Below are positions 12,008-25,000 of a stretch of DNA of 64,000 nt, piece by piece (position 1 is the stretch's first letter; every line of letters starts with the position of its first letter). The position numbers and the translations under genes were made by a program. A model generated the notes under the pieces. It saw nothing but the letters and a program-made list of their open reading frames with translations. It did not search any database and had not been told where the DNA came from. Where the stretch lies: assembly GCA_040954595.2 (NCBI GenBank), contig CM082579.2, positions 14,732,550 through 14,796,549 on the forward strand, written 5' to 3'. This DNA is from Balanoglossus misakiensis. Lineage: Eukaryota > Animalia > Hemichordata.

Positions 12008-12299
12008 GTATGATGTCTCTGTCTCATTCCAATGCTCGGACGGTTATACAGTAGTTAAAGGGGATGTCCGGTCTAGCTGATATCTACATAATTTTGTAGC
12101 TTTGAGGTCACTCTTTCAGGAAAAAAAAAACATTTTCGCCGTGTATAAGTCGTACCAGCTATGCAAATATGCCTAGCCTGGTGTCTTGTATCCAAGATAA
12201 TTAATGAAAAAAGTGCAGTGATGAGAGAGACTTAATTTGTCTCTTGAATCTATTGTTAGCAACAACTTGAATGACACTAATTTGTTGTTTATTTTTTAG

Positions 12300-12479
12300 G
12301 AATAACATGTGGTGGACCCCCTGAGTGCAGCAATGGAATTCTTACCAATGTTACCAGTACAGTGTATGGTGGCATTGCTTATTATCAATGCATTGAGGGC
12401 TATCAGTTTATAAATAATGTGTCTTCATTGGAATGCCAAGCAGATGGTGTCTGGGGTCCACTTGTGCCCCAATGCGAGC
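12300..12479 (+). CDS. exon: Sushi/CCP domain
   Basis: tttag|...|gtaagt; ITCGGPPECSNGILTNVTSTVYGGIAYYQCIEGYQFINNVSSLECQADGVWGPLVPQCE. Confidence 0.88.
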
Positions 12480-12582
12480 GTAAGTTGATATTTTTGAAAA
12501 CAATTAAACTGCCATTGTAGTGCACACTTAGGAGACGGATTTTCAGAAAAATGTTAGTCCTCTGAACCTTTCAGTGCTTTAA

Positions 12583-12882
12583 AGCCACTAGAGCTGCCAC
12601 TTTTTGCATTTATTTTCAGATTTCATTTTCCGACGTAGATTGGTACATTGAAATAATTAAGCTTACTGATAGGGATACAAGAACATGTCATCAATGCCTG
12701 ATTGTGGCTGTATGTTGCAATTTAAACGTGCAATGTATTAAACAGGTGCCGTACCCATTTTATTAATATCAGCCTCCATACAAACAGTATGCAGCTAGCT
12801 ATCGTGGTATGCATCACCATAGATTTGAAAGGTTTTACTGTGGAAAAGAAAAAAATTGTGAAATTTGGCAGCTCTAGAGGCT
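12583..12882. mobile_element. MITE with TTAA TSD (Kolobok-like)
   Basis: TTAA-AGCCACTAGAGCTGCCA...TGGCAGCTCTAGAGGCT-TTAA. Confidence 0.7.
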
Positions 12883-13183
12883 TTAAAGTGTGTGATGAGT
12901 CGTTTTGAAAACAAAGTATAACACAGGGTGTTCACTGTCATGTTTTCATAAAAATCACTGACTCAAGTTGAAATTCTCTCCATAGCGTTATGATGGGGCA
13001 CTTTGTGCTGGTTGCTACATTCCACATGGGTGTCTAATTGGGACATTACACACTGAATGTTAAACCAGACACTGGTAACTTGAAAATATGCAGGATTGTG
13101 AGGGTTACTGCTACATGTCCCTCTAAACCATTTTCCTAGTATTAACACACTTGTAATGTTATCTGTTCATCTTATCCAAACAG

Positions 13184-13366
13184 CTCGCGAGTGTCCACCA
13201 CCGAATGTAGACAACTACTTATCATATGAAATTGTTAATGGTGATTCATTGATTTTTGGAACAACCGTTGCCTACTCATGTCGATCTGGCTACAGTCTGA
13301 CTGGCTACACTTTCTCTACATGTGGTGAAGATGGATCATGGATTGGAGATCCAGGATACTGTCAAC
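13184..13366 (+). CDS. exon: Sushi/CCP domain
   Basis: aacag|...|gtaagt; RECPPPNVDNY...FGTTVAYSCRSGYSLTGYTFSTCGEDGSWIGDPGYCQ. Confidence 0.88.
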
Positions 13367-13676
13367 GTAAGTCATTTAAGGATGTACATTCAGTAAAATT
13401 GAAAATATGGTCATTTCTTTTAATTGTTAATTTTTGGATTATCCTATGTATGTATAATGAAAATTTGTGATAAAATATAGGGGTCACCACGCTTGTTTTT
13501 TAAATACAGAGTCATGAATTTAGTCGATAATTGAAAAAAAGGAGTCAATGGTATCTGGACTTTTATAGTGGGAACTTGGGGTGAAAATGTTAAAGTTGTG
13601 ACAGAATACAGATACCCAATATATATACCACAATCAAGTCTGCATCCACATAGTGTTTTATTTTTTTTACTTGCAG

Positions 13677-13859
13677 GATTGAACTGCAGTGATATACTCA
13701 TAACAGACCCACATCTACAAGCTGTCCCTGATAGTGGACCATATTATATGGGCAGTAACATCACATTCTATTGTAATGCTGGCTATGAATTAAATGGTGC
13801 TGATTACCTGACTTGTCAATCCGATTTACAGTGGAATAGTGCAATACCATCATGCATTG
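13677..13859 (+). CDS. exon: Sushi/CCP domain
   Basis: ttgcag|...|gtaagt; LNCSDILITDPHL...GSNITFYCNAGYELNGADYLTCQSDLQWNSAIPSCI. Confidence 0.88.
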
Positions 13860-14336
13860 GTAAGTTCACATCAAGATTGGTCTTCATGTGGTTGTCTGCT
13901 TATGAGGTACCGTAATCGATCACTCCAGTAATTTGACTATTTATCATAAATGTCACCTAAACTACATGCTGATAGGACATACAGTTCATGCCATGCAAAT
14001 CTATGGCTGTCAGAAATTTCATGATTTTCGTAATTTTATTTTTCATTGATTACTGTAAAACAGGAAATTTTCGCGACAAAGAAATTTTTTGCGATATCAA
14101 AAGCAGAAACTGTTATGAGACGATTAATTTTCATGTTCTCGTATTTCACTACATTGTTATCACTGAAAATAGTTTTTTACACAAATATGTCTTTTTTTTT
14201 GGGCTCTTGCATAGTTCGCGAAAATTTGTTTGTGAAAATTTCCTGTTGGTCTGGTGGTTCCCAGCTAAACTTGTTGGTCTGAATTTACCAGCGGACCTGT
14301 GGGATTTTGATCATATCTTGATGAATAACATTTCAG

Positions 14337-14465
14337 ATATCAATGAATGTAGTACATTGGTGGCACGGTGTGGAATCAATCAAGTCTGTGAAAATAGAGA
14401 TGGTGACTATCAGTGTGCATGTTTGGTGGGATTTGAACCAGATGTGAATGGAACAGCATGCAAAG
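14337..14465 (+). CDS. exon: calcium-binding EGF domain
   Basis: tttcag|...|gtgaga; DINECSTLVARCGINQVCENRDGDYQCACLVGFEPDVNGTACK. Confidence 0.9.
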
Positions 14466-14597
14466 GTGAGACATAAACAAGTCACTTGCAACATAACTTC
14501 AAGTCACTATTTTCACATTTAACACATTCCGAACTTATTTCAGAATTCCGGATAAATTTTTGGAATGACCTTTTAATCTCAGGTGTCTTTTTCTCAT

Positions 14598-14938
14598 AGG
14601 ATTACATTGATAATTGCTAGAAAACAAACTTCTACTATTGTCATTTTCACGAAATTTTACACATAGCTCAGTCTAGTAAATATAAATTCATTGGTCAAAT
14701 AAAATTGTGTGATTACAATGCTCTATTTTGAGATAAATTTCTTTAAGGTTTTTGTCCATAGACAAACCATTGGTGAACCATGCTGAGTCAGCAGGTTTCT
14801 TCTATTATCAACTAAATTAATGGCCTTGTATTTCAAAAGCAAGCAAGGTGACGCCTTTATTTTATCACAGATTCATCTTGTACGTACACAAGATAATCCC
14901 AAAATTCACGATTAAAAGAAATGACAATACTTTCAATT
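14598..14938 (+). repeat. dispersed repeat, second copy at ~60743-61082
   Basis: GGATTACAT(T/C)GATAATTGC.AGAAAACAAACTTCTACTATTGTC...AAAAGAATGACAATACTTTCAA shared between the two sites. Confidence 0.75.
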
Positions 14939-14986
14939 TTACTGAACGTACATTGTTTTAATCCAATCCATGTTCCTTCTTTGTAG

Positions 14987-15172
14987 ATATAAATGAATGT
15001 GCTTCACATTCTTGTGATCAACTTTGTAAAAACACTGCAGGTGGTTTTCAATGTTCCTGTGAAGAAGGCTATCTCTTATATGCAAATAACGGCACAGGTG
15101 GATTCTATCTGCCACCTGGAGAAACTGGTCTCTCAATGTATGATGTCTACACTTTTAACCAATCATGTGTTC
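14987..15172 (+). CDS. exon: calcium-binding EGF domain with uif-type insert
   Basis: ttgtag|...|gtaagt; DINECASHSCDQLCKNTAGGFQCSCEEGYLLYANNGTGGFYLPPGETGLSMYDVYTFNQSCV. Confidence 0.9.
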
Positions 15173-15201
15173 GTAAGTATCATGTTAAACTATAGAGTTA
15201 A

Positions 15202-15386
15202 AGGTATATGATCACCCATGGAAAATTAGCTATATATAGTTACCATGGAAAATTGAAATCTAGCCAATCACAGATTTTCATTTGGTGGCACACGTGGAAA
15301 ACAGGCGCCACCATATGTTCTTTAGAATGCTCAAATACGCCATTCAGCCATATATGGGAATGTGTATTGAAGGTGACTGTATACTT
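15202..15386. mobile_element. MITE with TTAA TSD (Kolobok-like); partial inverted copy at ~980-1119
   Basis: TTAA-AGGTATATGATCACC...GGTGACTGTATACTT-TTAA. Confidence 0.65.
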
Positions 15387-15687
15387 TTAACCAAGATTTG
15401 TCATATTATTGACCTTTATACCGCAATGAATTTGCAGCAACAAAAAGTGGACAAAAAGCTGAATTTCATAATTGGATTTCATAATTTTGCCGTAATTCAA
15501 TAATGAAATGTGTAGAAAGTCAGCAGACCAACTTTGCACTGTTATTATTTATTTTGGATTTGTTTCCCTCCTGCTAACAAAAGTGTCCTCTCACCTCATG
15601 GCATGAAGATGCAATGAATTCTGAGAAAAAGGGGATTAATACTTGAGTGTATTTACAAAGACAAACAAGCTCACTGGTAGCATTTAA

Positions 15688-15794
15688 AGGGGAAGTCCGG
15701 TTCAGCTACATAATTGGGTAGCTTTGAGGTCATTCTTTCAGAAAAAAACATTGTGTAGAAATTATGCATAAATCAGCTGGACAGGACTTCCCTT
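15688..15794. mobile_element. tiny MITE with TTAA TSD; related partial copy at ~12056
   Basis: TTAA-AGGGGAAGTCC...GGACTTCCCTT-TTAA. Confidence 0.6.
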
Positions 15795-16006
15795 TTAATA
15801 TTTCCAAGCAAGGCAATTGGTTTACTGCAACAATTACTTTGAAAACACAGTGTAAAACAACAATCATGATATGAATGTTACTTTAATAGATAGTCATACT
15901 TATATAAGCATGACTGTCTATGTTGGTCTGTAAGTTGTATTTGAAAGAAAAGTTTCATGTACGAATAGTACAAAGATTGACATTTAGTCCACAAAACCTA
16001 CCATTA

Positions 16007-19000
16007 ACATTAACCAGAGCACACAGTAACCAGGCCAGAGTGGCCAGTATCGTGCCCATTAATTTTGAGTGTTTGATGGGGGTCAACCTTTGCGTGAACA
16101 TTAACCAGAGCACACAGTAACCAGGCCGTAGTGGACAGTGTTCTGCCCATTAATTTTGAGTGTTTGGTGGGGTCAACCTTTGCGTCAACATTAACCAGAG
16201 CACACAGTAACCAGGCCATAGTGGACAGTGTTCTGCCCATTAATTTTGAGTGTTTGGTGGGGTCAACCTTTGCGTCAACATTAACCAGAGCACACAGTAA
16301 CCAGGCCATAGTGGACAGTGTGCTGCCCATTAATTTTGAGTGTTTGGTGGGGTCAACCTTTGCGTCAACATTAACCAGAGCACGCAGTAACCAGGCCGTA
16401 GTGGACAGTGTTCTGCCCATTAATTTTGAGTGTTTGGTGGGGTCAACCTTTGCGTCAACATTAACCAGAGCACGCAGTAACCAGGCCGTAGTGGACAGTG
16501 TTCTGCCCATTAATTTTGAGTGTTTGGTGGGGTCAACCTTTGCGTCAACATTAACTAGGCCAGAGTGGCCAGTATCGTGCCCATTAATTTTTAGTGTTTG
16601 GTGGGGTCAACCTTTGCGTCAACATTAACTAGGCCAGAGTGGCCAGTATCGTGCCCATCAATTTTGAGTGTTTGGTGGGGTCAACCTTTGCGTCAACATT
16701 AACTAGGCCAGAGTGGCCAGTATCGTGCCCATTAATTTTGAGTGTTTGGTGGGGTCAACCTTTGCGTCAACATTAACTAGGCCAGAGTGGCCAGTATCGT
16801 GCCCATTAATTTTGAGTGTTTGGTGGGGGTCAACCTTTGCGTCAACATTAACCAGAGCACACAGTAACCAGGCCGTAGTGGACAGTGTTCTGCCCATTAA
16901 TTTTGAGTGTTTGGTGGGGTCAACCTTTGCGTCAACATTAACCAGAGCACACAGTAACCAGGCCATAGTGGACAGTGTGCTGCCCATTAATTTTGAGTGT
17001 TTGGTGGGGTCAACCTTTGCGTCAACATTAACCAGAGCACACAGTAACCAGGCCATAGTGGACAGTGTGCTGCCCATTAATTTTGAGTGTTTGGTGGGGT
17101 CAACCTTTGCGTCAACATTAACCAGAGCACACAGTAACCAGGCCATAGTGGACAGTGTTCTGCCCATTAATTTTGAGTGTTTGGTGGGGTCAACCTTTGC
17201 GTCAACATTAACCAGAGCACACAGTAACCAGGCCGTAGTGGACAGTGTTCTGCCCATTAATTTTGAGTGTTTGGTGGGGTCAACCTTTGCGTCAACATTA
17301 ACCAGAGCACACAGTAACCAGGCCGTAGTGGACAGTGTTCTGCCCATTAATTTTGAGTGTTTGGTGGGGTCAACCTTTGCGTCAACATTAACCAGAGCAC
17401 ACAGTAACCAGGCCGTAGTGGACAGTGTTCTGCCCATTAATTTTGAGTGTTTGGTGGGGTCAACCTTTGCGTCAACATTCACCAGAGCACACAGTAACCA
17501 GGCCGTAGTGGACAGTGTTCTGCCCATTAATTTTGAGTGTTTGGTGGGGTCAACCTTTGCGTCAACATTAACCAGAGCACACAGTAACCAGGCCATAGTG
17601 GACAGTGTGCTGCCCATTAATTTTGAGTGTTTGGTGGGGTCAACCTTTGCGTCAACATTAACCAGAGCACACAGTAACCAGGCCGTAGTGGACAGTGTTC
17701 TGCCCATTAATTTTGAGTGTTTGGTGGGGTCAACCTTTGCGTCAACATTAACCAGAGCACACAATAACCAGGCCGTAGTGGACAGTGTTCTGCCCATTAA
17801 TTTTGTGTGTTTGGTGGGGTCAACCTTTGCGTCAACATTAACCAGAGCATACAGTAAGCAGGCCGTAGTGGACAGTGTTCTGCCCATTAATTTTGAGGGT
17901 TTGGTGGGGTCAACCTTTGCGTCAACATTAACTAGGCCAGAGTGGCCAGTATCGTGCCCATTAATTTTGAGTGTTTGGTGGGGTCAACCTTTGCGTCAAC
18001 ATTAACTAGGCCAGAGTGGCCAGTATCGTGCCCATTAATTTTGAGTGTTTGGTGGGGTCAACCTTTGCGTCAACATTAACTAGGCCAGAGTGGCCAGTAT
18101 CGTGCCCATTAATTTTGAGTGTTTGGTGGGGTCAACCTTTGCGTCAACATTAACTAGGCCAGAGTGGCCAGTATCGTGCCCATTAATTTTGAGTGTTTGG
18201 TGGGGTCAACCTTTGCGTCAACATTAACTAGGCCAGAGTGGCCAGTATCGTGCCCATTAATTTTGAGTGTTTGGTGGGGTCAACCTTTGCGTCAACATTA
18301 ACTTGGCCAGAGTGGCCAGTATCGTGCCCATTAATTTTGAGTGTTTGGTGGGGGTCAACCTTTGCGTCAACATTAACCAGAGCACACAGTAACCAGGCCG
18401 TAGTGGACAGTGTTCTGCCCATTAATTTTGAGTGTTTGGTGGGGTCAACCTTTGCGTCAACATTAACCAGAGCACACAGTAACCAGGCCATAGTGGACAG
18501 TGTGCTGCCCATTAATTTTGAGTGTTTGGTGGGGTCAACCTTTGCGTCAACATTAACCAGAGCACACAGTAACCAGGCCGTAGTGGACAGTGTTCTGCCA
18601 ATTAATTTTGAGTGTTTGGTGGGGTCAACCTTTGCGTCAACATTAACCAGAGCACACAGTAACCAGGCCGTAGTGGACAGTGTTCTGCCCATTAATTTTG
18701 AGTGTTTGGTGGGGTCAACCTTTGCGTCAACATTAACCAGAGCACACAGTAACCAGGCCATAGTGGACAGTGTTCTGCCCATTAATTTTGAGTGTTTGGT
18801 GGGGTCAACCTTTGCGTCAACATTAACCAGAGCACACAGTAACCAGGCCGTAGTGGACAGTGTTCTGCCCATTAATTTTGAGTGTTTGGTGGGGTCAACC
18901 TTTGCGTCAACATTAACCAGAGCACACAGTAACCAGGCCGTAGTGGACAGTGTGCTGCCCATTAATTTTGAGTGTTTGGTGGGGTCAACCTTTGCGTCAA

Positions 19001-22000
19001 CATTAACCAGAGCACACAGTAACCAGGCCGTAGTGGACAGTGTTCTGGCCATTAATTTTGAGTGTTTGGTGGGGTCAACCTTTGCGTCAACATTAACTAG
19101 AGCACACAGTAACCAGGCCGTAGTGGACAGTGTTCTGGCCATTAATTTTGAGTGTTTGGTGGGGTCAACCTTTGCGTCAACATTAACCAGAGCACACAGT
19201 AACCAGGCCGTAGTGGACAGTGTTCTGCCCATTAATTTTGAGTGTTTGGTGGGGTCAACCTTTGCGTCAACATTAACCAGAGCACACAGTAACCAGGCCG
19301 TAGTGGACAGTGTTCTGCCCATTAATTTTGAGTGTTTGGTGGGGTCAACCTTTGCGTCAACATTAACCAGAGCACACAGTAACCAGGCCGTAGTGGACAG
19401 TGTTCTGCCCATTAATTTTGAGTGTTTGGTGGGGTCAACCTTTGCGTCAACATTAACCAGAGCACACAGTAACCAGGCCGTAGTGGACAGTGTTCTGCCC
19501 ATTAATTTTGAGTGTTTGGTGGGGTCAACCTTTGCGTCAACATTAACCAGAGCACACAGTAACCAGGCCATAGTGGACAGTGTTCTGCCCATTAATTTTG
19601 AGTGTTTGGTGGGGTCAACCTTTGCGTCAACATTAACCAGAGCACACAGTAACCAGGCCGTAGTGGACAGTGTTCTGCCCATTAATTTTGAGTGTTTGGT
19701 GGGGTCAACCTTTGCGTCAACATTAACCAGAGCACACAGTAACCAGGCCGTAGTGGACAGTGTTCTGCCCATTAATTTTGAGTGTTTGGTGGGGTCAACC
19801 TTTGCGTCAACATTAACCAGAGCACACAGTAACCAGGCCATAGTGGACAGTGTGCTGCCCATTAATTTTGAGTGTTTGGTGGGGTCAACCTTTGCGTCAA
19901 CATTAACCAGAGCACAGAGTAACCAGGCCGTAGTGGACAGTGTTCTGCCCATTAATTTTGAGTGTTTGGTGGGGTCAACCTTTGCGTCAACATTAATCAG
20001 AGCACACAGTAACCAGGCCGTAGTGGACAGTGTTCTGCCCATTAATTTTGAGTGTTTGGTTGGGTCAACCTTTGCGTCAACATTAACCAGAGCACACAGT
20101 AACCAGGCCGTAGTGGACAGTGTTCTGCCCATTAATTTTGAGTGTTTGGTGGGGTCAACCTTTGCGTCAACATTAACCAGAGCACACAGTAACCAGGCCG
20201 TAGTGGACAGTGTTCTGCCCATTAATTTTGAGTGTTTGGTGGGGTCAACCTTTGCGTCAACATTAACCAGAGCACACAGTAACCAGGCCGTAGTGGACAG
20301 TGTTCTGCCCATTAATTTTGAGTGTTTGGTGGGGTCAACCTTTGCGTCAACATTAACCAGAGCACACAGTAACCAGGCCATAGTGGACAGTGTGCTGCCC
20401 ATTAATTTTGAGTGTTTGGTGGGGTCAACCTTTGCGTCAACATTAACCAGAGCACAGAGTAACCAGGCCATAGTGGACAGTGTTCTGCCCATTAATTTTG
20501 AGTGTTTGGTGGGGTCAACCTTTGCGTCAACATTAACCAGAGCACAGAGTAACCAGGCCATAGTGGACAGTGTTCTGCCCATTAATTTTGAGTGTTTGGT
20601 GGGGTCAACCTTTGCGTCAACATTAACCAGAGCACACAGTAACCAGGCCGTAGTGGACAGTGTTCTGCCCATTAATTTTGAGTGTTTGGTGGGGTCAACC
20701 TTTGCGTCAACATTAACCAGAGCACACAGTAACCAGGCCATAGTGGACAGTGTGCTGCCCATTAATTTTGAGTGTTTGGTGGGGTCAACCTTTGCGTCAA
20801 CATTAACCAGAGCACAGAGTAACCAGGCCGTAGTGGACAGTGTTCTGCCCATTAATTTTGAGTGTTTGGTGGGGTCAACCTTTGCGTCAACATTAATCAG
20901 AGCACACAGTAACCAGGCCGTAGTGGACAGTGTTCTGCCCATTAATTTTGAGTGTTTGGTTGGGTCAACCTTTGCGTCAACATTAACCAGAGCACACAGT
21001 AACCAGGCCGTAGTGGACAGTGTTCTGCCCATTAATTTTGAGTGTTTGGTGGGGTCAACCTTTGCGTCAACATTAACCAGAGCACACAGTAACCAGGCCG
21101 TAGTGGACAGTGTTCTGCCCATTAATTTTGAGTGTTTGGTGGGGTCAACCTTTGCGTCAACATTAACCAGAGCACACAGTAACCAGGCCGTAGTGGACAG
21201 TGTTCTGCCCATTAATTTTGAGTGTTTGGTGGGGTCAACCTTTGCGTCAACATTAACCAGAGCACACAGTAACCAGGCCGTAGTGGACAGTGTTCTGCCC
21301 ATTAATTTTGAGTGTTTGGTGGGGTCAACCTTTGCGTCAACATTAACCAGAGCACACAGTAACCAGGCCGTAGTGGACAGTGTTCTGCCCATTAATTTTG
21401 AGTGTTTGGTGGGGTCAACCTTTGCGTCAACATTAACCAGAGCACACAGTAACCAGGCCGTAGTGGACAGTGTTCTGCCCATTAATTTTGAGTGTTTGGT
21501 GGGGTCAACCTTTGCGTCAACATTAACCAGAGCACACAGTAACCAGGCCATAGTGGACAGTGTGCTGCCCATTAATTTTGAGTGTTTGGTGGGGTCAACC
21601 TTTGCGTCAACATTAACCAGAGCACAGAGTAACCAGGCCATAGTGGACAGTGTTCTGCCCATTAATTTTGAGTGTTTGGTGGGGTCAACCTTTGCGTCAA
21701 CATTAACCAGAGCACACAGTAACCAGGCCGTAGTGGACAGTGTTCTGCCCATTAATTTTGAGTGTTTGGTGGGGTCAACCTTTGCGTCAACATTAACCAG
21801 AGCACACAGTAACCAGGCCGTAGTGGACAGTGTTCTTCCCATTAATTTTGAGTGTTTGGTGGGGTCAACCTTTGCGTCAACATTAACCAGAGCACACAGT
21901 AACCAGGCCGTAGTGGACAGTGTTCTTCCCATTAATTTTGAGTGTTTGGTGGGGTCAACCTTTGCGTCAACATTAACCAGAGCACACAGTAACCAGGCCA

Positions 22001-25000
22001 TAGTGGACAGTGTGCTGCCCATTAATTTTGAGTGTTTGGTGGGGTCAACCTTTGCGTCAACATTAACTAGGCCAGAGTGGCCAGTATCGTGCCCATTAAT
22101 TTTGAGTGTTTGGTGGGGTCAACCTTTGCGTCAACATTAACTAGGCCAGAGTGGCCAGTATCGTGCCCATTATTTTTGAGTGTTTGGTGGGGTCAACCTT
22201 TGCGTCAACATTAACTAGGCCAGAGTGGCCAGTATCGTGCCCATTAATTGTGAGTGTTTGGTGGGGTCAACCTTTGCGTCAACATTAACTAGGCCAGAGT
22301 GGCCAGTATCGTGCCCATTAATTTTGAGTGTTTGGTGGGGGTCAACCTTTGCGTCAACATTAACCAGAGCACACAGTAACCAGGCCATAGTGGACAGTGT
22401 TCTGCCCATTAATTTTGAGTGTTTGGTGGGGTCAACCTTTGCGTCAACATTAACCAGAGCACACAGTAACCAGGCCGTAGTGGACAGTGTTCTGCCCATT
22501 AATTTTGAGTGTTTGGTGGGGTCAACCTTTGCGTCAACATTAACCAGAGCACACAGTAACCAGGCCGTAGTGGACAGTGTTCTGCCCATTAATTTTGAGT
22601 GTTTGGTGGGGTCAACCTTTGCGTCAACATTAACCAGAGCACACAGTAACCAGGCCATAGTGGACAGTGTTCTGCCCATTTATTTTGAGTGTTTGGTGGG
22701 GTCAACCTTTGCGTCAACATTAACCAGAGCACACAGTAACCAGGCCGTAGTGGACAGTGTTCTGCCCATTAATTTTGAGTGTTTGGTGGGGTCAACCTTT
22801 GCGTCAACATTAACCAGAGCACACAGTAACCAGGCCATAGTGGACAGTGTGCTGCCCATTAATTTTGAGTGTTTGGTGGGGTCAACCTTTGCGTCAACAT
22901 TAACCAGAGCACAGAGTAACCAGGCCATAGTGGACAGTGTTCTGCCCATTAATTTTGAGTGTTTGGTGGGGTCAACCTTTGCATCAACATTAATCAGAGC
23001 ACACAGTAACTAGGCCGTAGTGGACAGTGTTCTGCCCATTAATTTTGAGTGTTTGGTGGGGTCAACCTTTGCGTCAACATTAACCAGAGCACAGAGTAAC
23101 CAGGCCATAGTGGACAGTGTTCTGCCCATTAATTTTGAGTGTTTGGTGGGGTCAACCTTTGCGTCAACATTAACCAGAGCACACAGTAACCAGGCCGTAG
23201 TGGACAGTGTTCTGCCCATTAATTTTGAGTGTTTGGTGGGGTCAACCTTTGCGTCAACATTAACCAGAGCACACAGTAACCAGGCCGTAGTGGACAGTGT
23301 TCTTCCCATTAATTTTGAGTGTTTGGTGGGGTCAACCTTTGCGTCAACATTAACCAGAGCACACAGTAACCAGGCCGTAGTGGACAGTGTTCTTCCCATT
23401 AATTTTGAGTGTTTGGTGGGGTCAACCTTTGCGTCAACATTAACCAGAGCACACAGTAACCAGGCCATAGTGGACAGTGTGCTGCCCATTAATTTTGAGT
23501 GTTTGGTGGGGTCAACCTTTGCGTCAACATTAACTAGGCCAGAGTGGCCAGTATCGTGCCCATTAATTTTGAGTGTTTGGTGGGGTCAACCTTTGCGTCA
23601 ACATTAACTAGGCCAGAGTGGCCAGTATCGTGCCCATTATTTTTGAGTGTTTGGTGGGGTCAACCTTTGCGTCAACATTAACTAGGCCAGAGTGGCCAGT
23701 ATCGTGCCCATTAATTGTGAGTGTTTGGTGGGGTCAACCTTTGCGTCAACATTAACTAGGCCAGAGTGGCCAGTATCGTGCCCATTAATTTTGAGTGTTT
23801 GGTGGGGGTCAACCTTTGCGTCAACATTAACCAGAGCACACAGTAACCAGGCCATAGTGGACAGTGTTCTGCCCATTAATTTTGAGTGTTTGGTGGGGTC
23901 AACCTTTGCGTCAACATTAACCAGAGCACACAGTAACCAGGCCGTAGTGGACAGTGTTCTGCCCATTAATTTTGAGTGTTTGGTGGGGTCAACCTTTGCG
24001 TCAACATTAACCAGAGCACACAGTAACCAGGCCGTAGTGGACAGTGTTCTGCCCATTAATTTTGAGTGTTTGGTGGGGTCAACCTTTGCGTCAACATTAA
24101 CCAGAGCACACAGTAACCAGGCCATAGTGGACAGTGTTCTGCCCATTTATTTTGAGTGTTTGGTGGGGTCAACCTTTGCGTCAACATTAACCAGAGCACA
24201 CAGTAAGCAGGCCGTAGTGGACAGTGTTCTGCCCATTAATTTTGAGTGTTTGGTGGGGTCAACCTTTGCGTCAACATTAACCAGAGCACACAGTAACCAG
24301 GCCATAGTGGACAGTGTGCTGCCCATTAATTTTGAGTGTTTGGTGGGGTCAACCTTTGCGTCAACATTAACCAGAGCACAGAGTAACCAGGCCATAGTGG
24401 ACAGTGTTCTGCCCATTAATTTTGAGTGTTTGGTGGGGTCAACCTTTGCATTAACATTAATCAGAGCACACAGTAACTAGGCCGTAGTGGACAGTGTTCT
24501 GCCCATTAATTTTGAGTGTTTGGTGGGGTCAACCTTTGCATCAACATTAACCAGAGCACACAGTAACCAGGCCATAGTGGACAGTGTTCTGCCCATTAAT
24601 TTTGAGTGTTTGGTGGGGTCAACCTTTGCGTCAACATTAACCAGAGCACACAGTAACCAGGCCGTAGTGGACAGTGTTCTGCCCATTAATTTTGAGTGTT
24701 TGGTGGGGTCAACCTTTGCGTCAACATTAACTAGGCCAGAGTGGCCAGTATCGTGCCCATTAATTTTGAGTGTTTGGTGGGGTCAACCTTTGCGTCAACA
24801 TTAACTAGGCCAGAGTGGCCAGTATCGTGCCCATTAATTTTGAGTGTTTGGTGGGGTCAACCTTTGCGTCAACATTAACTAGGCCAGAGTGGCCAGTATC
24901 GTGCCCATTAATTTTGAGTGTTTGGTGGGGTCAACCTTTGCGTCAACATTAACTAGGCCAGAGTGGCCAGTATCGTGCCCATTAATTTTGAGTGTTTGGT

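Larger units (their letters stand above)
3168..15172 (+). pseudogene. uninflatable(uif)-like multidomain extracellular protein gene (CLECT-CUB-CUB-CUB-Sushi-cbEGF), partial and apparently disabled
   Basis: 13 exon-like segments with AG acceptors and (all but one) GT donors, translating to recognisable domains. Last exon CSCEEGYLLYANNGTGGFYLPPGETGLSMYDVYTFNQSCV resembles the distinctive EGF insert I recall from Drosophila uif. In-frame TGA at 8647-8649, no phase-compatible donor near 6720-6730, and the LDLa, CUB2-second-half and Sushi1-second-half exons were not found. Confidence 0.75.
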
